41,512 nt of DNA. Source: a virus. Made by a program: the position numbers and the translations under genes. The notes under the pieces are model-generated. The model did no database searches and had not been told where the DNA came from. It saw only the letters and a list, made by a program, of their open reading frames with translations. Within the stretch, counting starts at the first letter, position 1; each line of letters starts with the position of its first letter. Location: UHGV virus genome UHGV-0155266. One strand, given 5' to 3'. Shown here one piece after another: positions 26,962 to 37,569 of the stretch.

Positions 26962-27132
26962 ATGTTTGTGAAACCTGTTAAAGGGCGGTCAGTGCCTGAC
27001 CCTGCCCGCGGCGACCTTTTGCCCGCCGAAGGGCGAAATGTTGATGAGAACAACTACTGGCTGCGCCGTGAAGCAGCGGGTGATATCCGGCGCGTGAATA
27101 AAAAGGTGAACACCGATGACGATAAGCTTTAA
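26962..27132 (+). CDS. small protein preceding tail sheath (DUF2635-like, 56 aa)
   Basis: ATG at 26962 after GAGGA; absent from the ORF track (below cutoff); overlaps the sheath start; Mu-like tail modules carry a small gene here. Confidence 0.4.
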   Translation: MFVKPVKGRSVPDPARGDLLPAEGRNVDENNYWLRREAAGDIRRVNKKVNTDDDKL

Positions 27133-28612
27133 CACCATTCCGTCGAATACGCTGGTTCCGCTGTTTTATGCGGAAATGGATAACCAGGCTGCGAATACTG
27201 CACAGGACAGCGGAGCATCGCTGCTGATTGGTCATGCCAATAACGGTGCAGAGATTGTTGCCAACAGTCTGGTGCTGATGCCGTCGGCAGACTATGCACG
27301 CCAGATTTGTGGTGCGGGAAGTCAGCTGGCGCGTATGGTCGAGGCTTATCGCCAGACCGACCCGTTTGGTGAGCTGTATGTGATTGCCGTTCCGGAAGCC
27401 ACAGGCGCGGCGGCAACGGTTACGCTGACGGTGACCGGGGAAGCAACCGAAAGCGGCACGGTGAATGTCTATGTGGGACGTACCCGCGTGCAGGCTCCGG
27501 TGACCAACGGCGATAACGTCACGACGATTGCCAGCAGTATCAAAGATGCCATCAATGCCGTTCCGACTCTGCCGTTTACAGCTTCATCTTCGGCTGGTGT
27601 TGTCACGCTGACCGCGCGTCATAAGGGGCTTTGCGGGAATGAAATTCCTGTCAGCCTCAATTACTACGGCTTCGGTGGGGGCGAAGTGCTGCCAGCGGGC
27701 GTACAGATTGCCGTGGCGACGGGGACCGCCGGAACGGGCGCTCCGGTTCTCACCGGCGCGGTGGCTGCAATGGCGGATGAGCCGTTTGATTATATCGGTC
27801 TGCCGTTCAACGACACGGCCTCCGTTAACACGCTGGTGACCGAGATGAACGATACCAGCGGTCGCTGGAGCTATGCGCGTCAGCTGTATGGTCATGTGTA
27901 TACGGCAAAGACCGGCACACTGTCAGAACTGGTGAACGCAGGTGACCAGTTTAACCGGCAGCACATCACCCTGGCGGGGTACGAAAAAGAGACCCAGACG
28001 CCTGCCGACGAGCTGGCGGCAAGCCGTACCGCCCGCGCAGCGGTGTTTATCCGCAACGATCCGGCACGTCCCACGCAGACCGGTGAGCTGGTGGGTATGC
28101 TGCCTGCGCCGAAGGGGAAACGGTTCACGATGACCGAGCAGCAGACCCTGCTGTCTCATGGCGTGGCAACGGCGTATGTCGAAAGCGGGGTGCTGCGCAT
28201 TCAGCGTGATGTCACCACGTACAGGAAAAATGCTTACGGGGTTGCGGATAACAGCTACCTCGACAGCGAGACGCTGCATACCAGTGCGTATGTACTGCGC
28301 AAACTGAAATCCGTCATTACCAGTAAGTACGGGCGTCACAAGCTTGCCAGCGACGGTACCCGCTTTGGTCCCGGTCAGGCGATTGTCACCCCGGCGGTAA
28401 TCAAAGGGGAACTGCTGGCAACCTACCGTCAGCTTGAGCGTGCGGGGATCGTGGAAAACTACGAACTGTTTAAGCAGTACCTGGTTGTGGAGCGTGATGC
28501 CAGCGATCCGAACCGCCTGAACACGCTGTTCCCGCCTGACTATGTTAACCAGTTGCGTGTTTTTGCCGTGGTTAACCAGTTCCGTCTTCAGTATTCAGAG
28601 GAGTCTGCATAA
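27116..28612 (+). CDS. contractile tail sheath protein
   Basis: 498-aa protein; size, position and composition match Mu/P2-type sheath proteins. Confidence 0.85.
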   Translation: MTISFNTIPSNTLVPLFYAEMDNQAANTAQDSGASLLIGHANNGAEIVANSLVLMPSADYARQICGAGSQLARMVEAYRQTDPFGELYVIAVPEATGAAATVTLTVTGEATESGTVNVYVGRTRVQAPVTNGDNVTTIASSIKDAINAVPTLPFTASSSAGVVTLTARHKGLCGNEIPVSLNYYGFGGGEVLPAGVQIAVATGTAGTGAPVLTGAVAAMADEPFDYIGLPFNDTASVNTLVTEMNDTSGRWSYARQLYGHVYTAKTGTLSELVNAGDQFNRQHITLAGYEKETQTPADELAASRTARAAVFIRNDPARPTQTGELVGMLPAPKGKRFTMTEQQTLLSHGVATAYVESGVLRIQRDVTTYRKNAYGVADNSYLDSETLHTSAYVLRKLKSVITSKYGRHKLASDGTRFGPGQAIVTPAVIKGELLATYRQLERAGIVENYELFKQYLVVERDASDPNRLNTLFPPDYVNQLRVFAVVNQFRLQYSEESA

Positions 28613-28968
28613 TGGCCCGTATCGGGGGAACCTGTTATTTCAAAATTGACGGTCAGCAGCTATCGCTGACCGGCGGCATTGAGGTGCCCATGAACAGGAC
28701 GGTCAATGATGACATCATCGGCCTGGACGGTTCAGTGGACCGCAAGGAAACTCACCGTGCGCCTTATGTCAAAGGGACCTTCAAGGTGCCGAAGAATTTT
28801 CCGGTGAGCAAAATCACCTCGTCTGATGAGATGACCATCACTGCCGAGCTGGCGAACGGTCAGGTCTATGTATTGTCGTCCGCCTGGCTGCACGGAGAAG
28901 CGAACCATAATGCCGAAGAAGGCACGGTTGATCTTGAGTTCCACGGTGAAGAAGGGGATTACCAGTAA
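28612..28968 (+). CDS. tail tube protein
   Basis: 118-aa ORF translationally coupled to the sheath (ATG overlaps the sheath stop). Confidence 0.7.
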   Translation: MARIGGTCYFKIDGQQLSLTGGIEVPMNRTVNDDIIGLDGSVDRKETHRAPYVKGTFKVPKNFPVSKITSSDEMTITAELANGQVYVLSSAWLHGEANHNAEEGTVDLEFHGEEGDYQ

Positions 28969-29237
28969 TGAAAGAGCTTGAGTTAAAGAAACCGATTATC
29001 GCTCATGGTGAGACACTCTCCGTACTGGAGTTTGATGAACCCACCGGGAAGGATGTCCGCGAGCTGGGGTATCCCTACCAGATGAATCAGGATGAGTCCG
29101 TCAGACTTCTGGCGCATGTGGTGTCGAAATACATTGTGCGGCTGGCGAAAGTGCCGCAAAGCTCTGTCGACCAGATGTCTCCGGCAGACCTGAATGCAGC
29201 GGCGTGGCTTGTGGCTGGTTTTTTCCTCCAGGCCTGA
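28968..29237 (+). CDS. tail assembly chaperone (short form)
   Basis: 89-aa ORF between tube and tape measure; contains the slippery heptamer T_TTT_TTC near its 3' end. Confidence 0.65.
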   Translation: MKELELKKPIIAHGETLSVLEFDEPTGKDVRELGYPYQMNQDESVRLLAHVVSKYIVRLAKVPQSSVDQMSPADLNAAAWLVAGFFLQA

Positions 29238-29386
29238 CGGCTGAATACCTCACTGATCGCTTCTTTGACTGCGCCAGCTACTGGCGCATTAATCCCTTCG
29301 AATTGCTGAATATGCCGATCAGTGAAATTCCCTTGCTGGTCAGTCAGGCAAACAGGATAGAGCAGGAGAAACGCACACATGGCTGA
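29219..29386 (+). CDS. -1 frameshift extension of the tail assembly chaperone
   Basis: Slippery T_TTT_TTC at 29219-29225; the -1 frame stays open to 29386, overlapping the tape-measure start. Confidence 0.5.
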   Translation, partial: FFPPGLTAEYLTDRFFDCASYWRINPFELLNMPISEIPLLVSQANRIEQEKRTHG

Positions 29387-31211
29387 ATTTGAGCTTAAGG
29401 CGTTGATCACCGGTGTCGACAGGCTTTCTCCCGCGCTGTCGAAAATGCAAAAGAAAATCCGGGGATTTAAACGCCAGGCGGAAGAAGCGTCACAGGGTGG
29501 GCTGGCGCTTGGTGGCGGACTGGCAGCGGGTCTGACGCTTTCCCTGAAATCTTATGCCGATCAGGAAAACGCCGCCACCGGGCTGAAAGTCGCCATGATG
29601 GATGCGAACGGCGAGGTTGGAAAGAGCTTTCAGGACATCAATAAACTGGCTATTGGCCTGGGTAATCAGCTACCCGGTACAACGGCTGATTTCCAGAACA
29701 TGATGCAGATGCTGGTGCGTCGGGGGATCCCGGCAGAAAACATTCTTGGCGGTGTGGGTAAAGCGACAGCTTATCTTGCGGTACAACTGAAAAAAACACC
29801 GGAAGCGGCTGCCGAGTTTGCCGCAAAGATGCAGGATGCTACCGGAACGGCGTCAGAAGACATGATGGGGCTGTTCGACACTATCCAGAAGGCGTTTTAT
29901 CTGGGCGTTGACGATACCAACATGTTGTCCTTCTTCACTAAAACCAGTTCTGTTCTGAAGATGGTGAACAAGGACGGTCTTCAGGCTGCACAGAGCCTTG
30001 CCCCCATCAGCGTCATGATGGATCAGATGGGGATGAACGGGGAGTCGGCAGGTAACGCCCTGCGAAAAGTTATCCAGTCCGGATTAAGCGTTAAGAAAAT
30101 CAGGGACGTCAATAAAATCATGGCCCGCCAGAAACTCGGGGTACAGCTCGATTTTACTGACGGCAAAGGGAGTTTTGGCGGTCTTGATAACATGTTCAGG
30201 CAACTGGCAAAGCTGCGAAAACTGACCGACGTTAAGCGAACAGGCGTACTTAAGGCAATATTTGGTGATGATGCTGAAACCCTTCAGGTGGTCAATGCAC
30301 TAATCGATAAAGGAAAGGATGGCTACGATCAGATCCAGCAGAAGATGAATAAACAGGCCAGCCTGAATAAACGTGTTCAGGCTCAGCTTGGTACGCTGTC
30401 CAACCTGTGGGAGGCAATGACGGGGACCGCAACTAACGGTCTTGCAGCTATTGGCGGCGCATTTTCTGGTGACGCCAAAAATATCACGCAGTGGCTGGGG
30501 GAGTTGGGGGAGAAATTCACGAAGTTTGCGGATGAAAATCCCCGGGTTATTCGCGGCGTCGTCGGGCTTGCTGCCGGTCTTGCGATTCTGAAACTGGGAT
30601 TGATGGGCGTGGGCAGTGCCATCAGTATTGTCAGCAGGATTATGTCGATGACGCCGATTGGCATGATTGCGACGGCGATTGCTCTGGCTGCGGGATTAAT
30701 TATCACTAACTGGGATGTTGTCGGACCTTATTTTAAGAAGCTCTGGGAAACCATTGGTCCTTATTTTGAGGCTGGCTGGGAACTTCTGAAGAAGGTTTTT
30801 GCCTGGTCGCCGCTGGGGATGGTGATCAATAACTGGGGACCGGTTGTTAAGTGGTTTCAGGATATGTGGGATAAGCTGAAGCCAATTATTGAGTGGTTTA
30901 CCGACAGTTCCGGTGACACGGTCGATGCCATTAACTCTGCGCAGTGGGGCGCGGGTGCTTATGATGCTTATGGGACGGGAATACCGGCGCGGGGATACAC
31001 ACCTTATCCGGCGGTAGATCTGGCTCAGTCAAACAACGCCTCCGATGCCACAGGCCCGAATCCCTTCATGATTAACAAAGCTTCTGCGCCAAAAGTTGAT
31101 GGTGAGATCAAGGTATCATTTATAAATATGCCACCAGGTATGCGGGTTACGGAAACACGCTCCAGTGGCATTGATATAAATCACGATGTTGGCTATACCC
31201 GATTTTGGTAG
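29379..31211 (+). CDS. tail tape measure protein
   Basis: 610-aa protein, Ala/Gly-rich with helical and TM segments; directly downstream of the frameshifted chaperone. Confidence 0.85.
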   Translation: MAEFELKALITGVDRLSPALSKMQKKIRGFKRQAEEASQGGLALGGGLAAGLTLSLKSYADQENAATGLKVAMMDANGEVGKSFQDINKLAIGLGNQLPGTTADFQNMMQMLVRRGIPAENILGGVGKATAYLAVQLKKTPEAAAEFAAKMQDATGTASEDMMGLFDTIQKAFYLGVDDTNMLSFFTKTSSVLKMVNKDGLQAAQSLAPISVMMDQMGMNGESAGNALRKVIQSGLSVKKIRDVNKIMARQKLGVQLDFTDGKGSFGGLDNMFRQLAKLRKLTDVKRTGVLKAIFGDDAETLQVVNALIDKGKDGYDQIQQKMNKQASLNKRVQAQLGTLSNLWEAMTGTATNGLAAIGGAFSGDAKNITQWLGELGEKFTKFADENPRVIRGVVGLAAGLAILKLGLMGVGSAISIVSRIMSMTPIGMIATAIALAAGLIITNWDVVGPYFKKLWETIGPYFEAGWELLKKVFAWSPLGMVINNWGPVVKWFQDMWDKLKPIIEWFTDSSGDTVDAINSAQWGAGAYDAYGTGIPARGYTPYPAVDLAQSNNASDATGPNPFMINKASAPKVDGEIKVSFINMPPGMRVTETRSSGIDINHDVGYTRFW

Positions 31212-31302
31212 CCAGGATTCCCCTCACAGGTATTGCTGGTTGTAAGTCATAAATAGAGTGATAGAATTAATGCACATTTAGAAAAATGTTAATAGGCGAA
31301 AA

Positions 31303-31833
31303 ATGAAAGGCTATATCACAGCAAGTGTAATTCTTGGAGCAGCGGCTGTTTTTTCATCTCTCATAATCTCTGGCAACATCTCCTTTAAAGATGAACATAT
31401 TATTCAGTTATCTGGAGGAGCCATAAAACTTGGTGATGTTTATAAAGAAAATAAATTGATAAGTGCAAAGATTATTTTTCCAGATAATCAGGGTGAACAG
31501 ATTCTTGTTGTCGACGGCAATCCTGAAAACTTTAAGGAGGATTTTCAGGAGAAATTAAATAAAGTAATAAAAACTTTAAATGCGTCAAAGAAAAAAGATG
31601 AAGAGAAAGTTAGCCTGGATAATTTAAGTGTTATTGAAGAGTCTAAACTAGAGCTCGTTTCTGCGGTGCGTTACTCTGCTCAGTATGTTCCTATGTTTAC
31701 TCTGACGCTGGACAAAAAAGAAATTACCATGCCTAAAAATACGGTAATATTTCCATTTGCCAGCGATGAAACAGCTAAGTATTTAAATGAACAACAGCAA
31801 AAGTATAAAGATTCGTTGTTTCTGACTCGCTAA
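31303..31833 (+). CDS. hypothetical secreted/membrane-anchored protein (tail-region moron)
   Basis: 176-aa AT-rich ORF with a signal-peptide-like N-terminus (ITASVILGAAAVFSSLIISG) and its own terminator, inserted between tape measure and baseplate genes. Confidence 0.55.
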   Translation: MKGYITASVILGAAAVFSSLIISGNISFKDEHIIQLSGGAIKLGDVYKENKLISAKIIFPDNQGEQILVVDGNPENFKEDFQEKLNKVIKTLNASKKKDEEKVSLDNLSVIEESKLELVSAVRYSAQYVPMFTLTLDKKEITMPKNTVIFPFASDETAKYLNEQQQKYKDSLFLTR

Positions 31834-31853
31834 TTAATAAAATTCATTACAAG

Positions 31854-31878
31854 GCCACCTTCTAATAGGTGGCTTTTT
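31854..31878 (+). terminator. rho-independent terminator
   Basis: GCCACCT-TCTAAT-AGGTGGC hairpin followed by TTTTT. Confidence 0.6.
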
Positions 31879-31894
31879 AATTTTCGGAGTATAT

Positions 31895-33223
31895 ATGACG
31901 TGGAAAGACAGGCTTCAGGATGCGTCATTTCGAGGTGTGCCGTTTAAGGTTGAAGAAGAAAGTGCGGGAACTGGCCGTCGTGTGGAAACGCACGAATACC
32001 CGAACCGCGACAAACCCTATACCGAAGACCTGGGGAAAATCACTTTCCGCCCGTCCATCACGGCTTATGTGGTGGGAGATGACTGCTTTGACCAGCGCGA
32101 TCGCCTGATTGACGCGCTGAATAAACCCGGTCCCGGCACGCTTGTCCATCCGACTTACGGTGAGCTGAAAGTCTGTGTTGACGGAGAAGTTCGGGTCAGT
32201 ACATCGAAGAGTGAAGGGCGTATTGTCCGCTTTGACCTGAAGTTTGTCGAAGCAGGAGAACTCTCTTACCCCACATCAGGTGCGGCGACGGCGCAGGCGC
32301 TGATGTCATCCTGTTCTGCACTGGATGACTGCATCAGTAACAGCTTCAGCGGTTTCAGTATCGATGGCGTGGCGGATTTTGTGCAGAACGACGTTGTCGG
32401 TAATGCCAGCACAATGCTTGGGTATGTTTCTGATGCGATGAAAGTGGTGGATTCTGCCGTATCGGATGCCGCCAGGCTGTTGCAGGGGGATATCTCGGTA
32501 CTTCTGCCGCCGCCATCGTCAGGCAAAAATTTCGTTGAGCAGGTGCAGAAAATGTGGCGTACCGGGAAACGCCTTTATGGTAACGCCAGCGACCTGGTCA
32601 CCATGATCAAAACGCTTTCCGGGGTCAGTCTCGGCAGCAATCTGCAACCCCGCGGCATCTGGAAAACGGACAGTAAAACCACCGCCACGGCTACGCAGCA
32701 GCGTAACGTGGTTGCCAGCACCCTTCGTACGACCGCAATCAGCGAAGCGGCGTATGCCGTCACACGATTGCCTGCGCCCACAACTTCCGCGGTGATGCAG
32801 AATGCCACAGTGGGGCAGTCAACAACACCCGCGCAGAGCACTGGCTGGCCTTCCGTCACGCATCCGGCACTGAACAATGCACCTGCGGTGAAAAACACGG
32901 TTGACCTGCCAACGTGGGAAGAACTGACCGACATTCGCGACACACTGAATACGGCAATTGATAAGGAGTTGTCCCGTACAACCAGTGATGCGCTGTTTCT
33001 GGCGCTGCGCCGGGTGAAAGCAGATCTGAATGCGGATATCAACACGCGCCTTGAACAGTCTGCACGGATCATTCAGCGCACGCCGGATGAGGTTTTACCC
33101 GCGCTGGTGCTGGCGGCGACCTGGTTTGATAACGCGGCGCGTGACGCGGACATTATCCGGCGTAATGCCATTACACATCCCGGCTTTGTGCCGGTGATCC
33201 CTCTGAAGGTGCCAGTGCAATGA
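31895..33223 (+). CDS. Mu gpN-like DNA circularisation / tail protein
   Basis: 442-aa protein; the N-terminus resembles the Mu N family as recalled; follows the tape measure as in Mu. Confidence 0.7.
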   Translation: MTWKDRLQDASFRGVPFKVEEESAGTGRRVETHEYPNRDKPYTEDLGKITFRPSITAYVVGDDCFDQRDRLIDALNKPGPGTLVHPTYGELKVCVDGEVRVSTSKSEGRIVRFDLKFVEAGELSYPTSGAATAQALMSSCSALDDCISNSFSGFSIDGVADFVQNDVVGNASTMLGYVSDAMKVVDSAVSDAARLLQGDISVLLPPPSSGKNFVEQVQKMWRTGKRLYGNASDLVTMIKTLSGVSLGSNLQPRGIWKTDSKTTATATQQRNVVASTLRTTAISEAAYAVTRLPAPTTSAVMQNATVGQSTTPAQSTGWPSVTHPALNNAPAVKNTVDLPTWEELTDIRDTLNTAIDKELSRTTSDALFLALRRVKADLNADINTRLEQSARIIQRTPDEVLPALVLAATWFDNAARDADIIRRNAITHPGFVPVIPLKVPVQ

Positions 33224-34299
33224 ACGATAACGTCACGCTACGGGTAAATGGCCGGGAGTGGAATGGCTGGACATCGGTGCGCATCGGTGCCGGTATTGAA
33301 CGGCTGGCGCGGGATTTCAGCGTGGAGATCACCCGCCAGTGGCCGGGAGATGAGGGTATCACCACGCTTCAGCCGCGCATTAAAAATGGTTCAAAAGTGG
33401 AAGTGCTGATTGGTGATGAGCTGGTGATCACCGGCTGGGTGGAGGCGACCCCCGTTCGTTACGATGCCCGTTCGGTCAGCACCGGTATTGCCGGACGTAG
33501 TCTGACTGCTGACCTGATTGACTGTGCAGCCGAACCGACACAGTTTAACGGACGATCGCTGGTACAGATTGCGCAGGCGCTTGCTGCGCCTTTCGGCATT
33601 GAGGTGGTGAACAGCGATGCGCCGTCGGGTGTTATTCCGGATGTCCAGCCTGATCACGGTGAAACGGTGATCGAGGTGATCAACAAAATACTCGGTCAGC
33701 AGCAGGCGCTGGCTTACGACGACCCGCACGGCAGGCTGGTGATTGGCGGTATTGGCTCAACGCGGGCACATACCGCGCTGGTACTCGGGGAAAACATCCT
33801 TTCCTGCGATACGGAGAAGAGTATCCGGGAGCGGTTTTCTGTTTACCAGGTGGCGGGGCAGCGTGCCGGAAACGACGATGATTTCGGTGAGGCCACCACC
33901 ACCGCGCTGCGGGCCCGCACAGAGGACGCATTTATTGCCCGTTACCGTCCGATGTATATCAGGCAGACAGGGCAGGCTACGGGGGCAGGCTGTATTGCGC
34001 GTGCTGACTTTGAAGCCCGGCAACGGGCGGCGCGGACGGATGAAACCACCTATGTGGTGCAGGGCTGGCGACAGGGTAACGGTACGCTGTGGCAGCCCAA
34101 CCAGCGGGTGATTGTCTTTGATCCGGTCTGTGGTTTTGACAATACCGAACTGCTTGTTTCGGAAGTCACGTTTACTCAGGACCAGAACGGCACCCTGACG
34201 GAAATCCGTGTCGGCCCGCCTGATGCTTATCTGCCTGAACCTGAAGACCCCGGCGCGCGGAAAAAGAAAAAAGCCAGAGTACAGGAGGACCCGTTCTGA
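33220..34299 (+). CDS. baseplate hub protein (Mu gp44/P-like)
   Basis: 359-aa ORF, translationally coupled, at the Mu P position. Confidence 0.7.
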   Translation: MNDNVTLRVNGREWNGWTSVRIGAGIERLARDFSVEITRQWPGDEGITTLQPRIKNGSKVEVLIGDELVITGWVEATPVRYDARSVSTGIAGRSLTADLIDCAAEPTQFNGRSLVQIAQALAAPFGIEVVNSDAPSGVIPDVQPDHGETVIEVINKILGQQQALAYDDPHGRLVIGGIGSTRAHTALVLGENILSCDTEKSIRERFSVYQVAGQRAGNDDDFGEATTTALRARTEDAFIARYRPMYIRQTGQATGAGCIARADFEARQRAARTDETTYVVQGWRQGNGTLWQPNQRVIVFDPVCGFDNTELLVSEVTFTQDQNGTLTEIRVGPPDAYLPEPEDPGARKKKKARVQEDPF

Positions 34300-34847
34300 T
34301 GAAGGCGATTGAAACCATACAGCGACAACTCCTCGGCCTGATTGGGCGGGCGGTGGTGAAAAGCATCAGTGCCGCCACGAAATGTCAGACCGTGGATGTG
34401 TCCCTGATTGCCGGTGAACCCAAAGCCGGGGTTGAACATCTTGAACCCTACGGTTTTACCGCAAGGGCAAACAGCGGTGCGGAAGCGGTGGTGTTGTTTC
34501 CGGATGGTGACCGTTCTCATGCGGTGGTTGTTACGGTGTCGGACCGGCGCTACCGCCTGAAAGGGCTGCAGACGGGTGAGGTGGCTGTCTATGACGATCA
34601 GGGGCAGTCCGTGACGCTGACCCGGGCGGGGATCGTGGTGGACGGTGCAGGTAAAACGATCACGTTTCGCAATGCGCCTAAGGCTCGTTTTGAAATGGAC
34701 CTGGAAGTGACCGGACAGGTGAAAGACCTGTGCGACTCCAGCGGCACCACCATGTCAGCGATGCGGCTTGCCTATAACGGGCATCGTCACAGAGAGAACG
34801 GTCAGGGCAGTAACACCGACAAACCTGATAAAGCGATGGAGGCATGA
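34299..34847 (+). CDS. baseplate spike/assembly protein (Mu gp45, gpV-like)
   Basis: 182-aa ORF by position and size. Confidence 0.7.
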   Translation: MKAIETIQRQLLGLIGRAVVKSISAATKCQTVDVSLIAGEPKAGVEHLEPYGFTARANSGAEAVVLFPDGDRSHAVVVTVSDRRYRLKGLQTGEVAVYDDQGQSVTLTRAGIVVDGAGKTITFRNAPKARFEMDLEVTGQVKDLCDSSGTTMSAMRLAYNGHRHRENGQGSNTDKPDKAMEA

Positions 34848-35272
34848 TGGAACTGTGGCTGACGGTGAACGGTAAACGCACCTGCGCCAGCGCACCGCTG
34901 GATCCGCTGACCCGTGCCGTGGTGATTTCCCTGTTCACCTGGCGGCGGGCTGAACCTGATGACAATGCCGACGTCCCGATGGGATGGTGGGGGGATACCT
35001 GGCCTGCGGTACAGAATGACCGTTACGGCTCCCGACTGTGGCTGCTTCAGCGCAGCAAACTGACCAATCAGCTGGTGCAGACGGTAAGGGGGTATATCCG
35101 CGAATGCCTGCAATGGATGATTGATGACGGCGTGGTGTCCCGTATTGATCTGGATATCCGCCGCACCGGGATTAATGAACTGGGTAACAGTATCACTCTC
35201 TGGCGTCGTGACGGACCGGTAATGATTTCTTTTGATGATCTGTGGAGTGCGATAACGCATGGCGGACAGTGA
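34844..35272 (+). CDS. baseplate protein (Mu gp46, gpW/gp25-like)
   Basis: 142-aa ORF by position and size. Confidence 0.7.
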   Translation: MMELWLTVNGKRTCASAPLDPLTRAVVISLFTWRRAEPDDNADVPMGWWGDTWPAVQNDRYGSRLWLLQRSKLTNQLVQTVRGYIRECLQWMIDDGVVSRIDLDIRRTGINELGNSITLWRRDGPVMISFDDLWSAITHGGQ

Positions 35273-36317
35273 ATTTCAGCGCCCGACGCTGGCAGAAAAT
35301 ATCAGTATGCTCCGTAACGATTTATTCGCCAGGCTGGACGTCAGCGACACGCTCCGGCGCATGGATGAAGACGTGCGGGCAAAGGTGTATGCGGCGGCGC
35401 TGCATACGGTTTACGGTTACATCGATTATCTGGCAATGAACATGCTGCCTGACCTGTGCGATGAGTCCTGGCTGGCGCGACATGCTGCGATGAAACGGTG
35501 TCCGCGCAAGGGAGCCACGGCTGCCAGTGGGTATATGCGCTGGGAAGGTGTCAGCGATGGCCTGAAGGTGACCGCCGGGAGTGTTATTCAGCGCGATGAC
35601 CTGGTGCAGTACACGACAACTGACGATGCAACCAGCTCCGGTGGTGTCCTGCGCGTGCCGATCGCCTGCTCAAGTGCAGGTGCGGTCGGTAACGCTGACG
35701 ACGGTACGGCATTAATCCTGGTCACGCCGGTGAATGGTCTGCCGTCTTCCGGTGTGGCTGACACCCTGACAGGCGGATTTGATACTGAAGAGCTGGAAAC
35801 GTGGCGCGCCCGCGTCATTGAGCGGTATTACTGGACGCCGCAGGGCGGGGCTGACGGGGACTATGTTGTCTGGGCTAAAGAAGTGCCCGGCATTACCCGC
35901 GCATGGACATACCGTCACTGGATGGGAACGGGAACTGTCGGTGTGATGATTGCCAGCAGTGACCTGATTAATCCCATTCCGGAAGAATCAACGGAAACGG
36001 CGGCAAGACAACATATCGAGCCACTGGCCCCGGTGGCAGGCTCTGATTTGTATGTGTTCAGGCCGGTGGCACATACGGTGGATTTTCATATCCGTGTGAC
36101 GCCGGACACACCGGAAATACGGGCTGCCATCACCGCGGAGTTGCGTTCGTTCCTGCTGCGTGATGGTTATCCGCAGGGAGAACTGAAGGTATCGCGTATC
36201 AGTGAGGCGATTTCCGGTGCGAACGGGGAATACAGCCATCAGTTGCTTGCACCGGCAGACAATATCTCCATTGCAAAAAATGAACTGGCGGTACTGGGGA
36301 CGATTTCATGGACGTGA
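35259..36317 (+). CDS. baseplate J-like protein (Mu gp47)
   Basis: 352-aa ORF by position and size; equivalent to e14 jayE as recalled. Confidence 0.8.
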   Translation: MADSEFQRPTLAENISMLRNDLFARLDVSDTLRRMDEDVRAKVYAAALHTVYGYIDYLAMNMLPDLCDESWLARHAAMKRCPRKGATAASGYMRWEGVSDGLKVTAGSVIQRDDLVQYTTTDDATSSGGVLRVPIACSSAGAVGNADDGTALILVTPVNGLPSSGVADTLTGGFDTEELETWRARVIERYYWTPQGGADGDYVVWAKEVPGITRAWTYRHWMGTGTVGVMIASSDLINPIPEESTETAARQHIEPLAPVAGSDLYVFRPVAHTVDFHIRVTPDTPEIRAAITAELRSFLLRDGYPQGELKVSRISEAISGANGEYSHQLLAPADNISIAKNELAVLGTISWT

Positions 36318-36892
36318 CAAACGATGATTACATCCGTCTGTTGTCGGCACTGTTGCCCCCCGGTCCGGCGTGGTCAGCCAGCGATCCGGCGATTGCCGGT
36401 GCGGCACCGTCATTAACCCGCGTTCATCAGCGTGCGGATGCCCTGATGCGGGAGCTGGATCCGCGCACCACCACTGAACTGATAAACCGCTGGGAGCGTC
36501 TGTGCGGTCTGCCGGATGAATGTATTCCCGCAGGGACACAGACCCTTCGCCAGCGTCAGCAACGGCTGGATGCGAAGGTTAACCTGGCGGGCGGAATCAA
36601 CGAGGATTTTTATCTTGCACAGCTTGCTGCCCTGGGCAGACCAGATGCCACCATCACGCGATACGACAAAAGCACGTTCACCTGCTCATCGGCCTGTACT
36701 GACGCTGTGAACGCGCCTGAATGGCGGTATTACTGGCAGGTCAACATGCCAGCCGCCACCAACACCACCTGGATGACATGTGGCGATCCCTGTGATTCCG
36801 CACTGCGTATCTGGGGCGACACAGTTGTCGAATGTGTGCTTAACAAACTCTGCCCGTCGCATACCTACGTAATTTTTAAATATCCGGAGTAA
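36308..36892 (+). CDS. tail protein (Mu gp48-like, YmfQ/DUF2313-like)
   Basis: 194-aa ORF between the J-like gene and the tail fibre gene. Confidence 0.65.
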   Translation: MDVTNDDYIRLLSALLPPGPAWSASDPAIAGAAPSLTRVHQRADALMRELDPRTTTELINRWERLCGLPDECIPAGTQTLRQRQQRLDAKVNLAGGINEDFYLAQLAALGRPDATITRYDKSTFTCSSACTDAVNAPEWRYYWQVNMPAATNTTWMTCGDPCDSALRIWGDTVVECVLNKLCPSHTYVIFKYPE

Positions 36893-36895
36893 TCC

Positions 36896-37558
36896 ATGCA
36901 TCGTATAGACACGAAAACCGCGCAGAAGGATAAGTTCGGCGCGGGTAAGAACGGTTTTACCCGTGGTAACCCCCAGACCGGCACGCCTGCCACCGATCTG
37001 GATGATGACTACTTTGACATGTTGCAGGAGGAGCTTTGCAGCGTTGTGGAGGCGTCCGGTGCCAGCCTGGAGAAGGGGCGGCACGACCAGCTACTTACCG
37101 CGCTTCGCGCGCTGCTGTTAAGCCGCAAGAATCCGTTTGGCGATATCAAATCGGATGGCACGGTGAAAACGGCTCTCGAAAACCTTGGTTTGGGAGAAGC
37201 GGCAAAACGGAATGTGGGGACAGGGGAAAATCAGATACCGGACATGGCCTCTTTTGCCAGTGGTGATGGATGGATGAAATTACCCAACGGTAAAATTCTG
37301 CAATATGGTCGAGGCGAGGCTATGCCGAAATTATCGACGCAAACAATGAGGATTACATTTCCTATCCCTTTCCCTAAAAAAGCGGACTGCGCCATTCTTA
37401 CCCATTCTGGTGATGGCGGTGCGCCTTTAGGCGCTGGGCGAGGGTTCGTGATGACTGCAGAAGGCCCTACGTTAACCGGCTTTAATTCTGCTTACAGAAC
37501 GTCATCAACCAGTGACACGGTATCTATGCATTACAGTTGGTGGGCTGTTGGTGAGTAA
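36896..37558 (+). CDS. tail fibre protein (constant N-terminus plus currently expressed variable C-terminus)
   Basis: 220-aa ORF; the constant part ends at GLGE, encoded across the left inversion site near 37185; the C-terminal 124 aa lie inside the invertible segment. Confidence 0.75.
   Translation: MHRIDTKTAQKDKFGAGKNGFTRGNPQTGTPATDLDDDYFDMLQEELCSVVEASGASLEKGRHDQLLTALRALLLSRKNPFGDIKSDGTVKTALENLGLGEAAKRNVGTGENQIPDMASFASGDGWMKLPNGKILQYGRGEAMPKLSTQTMRITFPIPFPKKADCAILTHSGDGGAPLGAGRGFVMTAEGPTLTGFNSAYRTSSTSDTVSMHYSWWAVGE
37173..37198. repeat. left Pin recombination site (gix/pix-like)
   Basis: ctctcgaaaaccttggtttgggagaa; its 3' 14 nt are identical to the reverse complement of 39064-39077. Confidence 0.6.
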
Positions 37559-37569
37559 TTTTATTCAGG

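Noticed and set aside
32575-33072. 165-aa minus-strand ORF inside the N-like tail gene
   Set aside because: Antisense shadow; no RBS; low-complexity translation.
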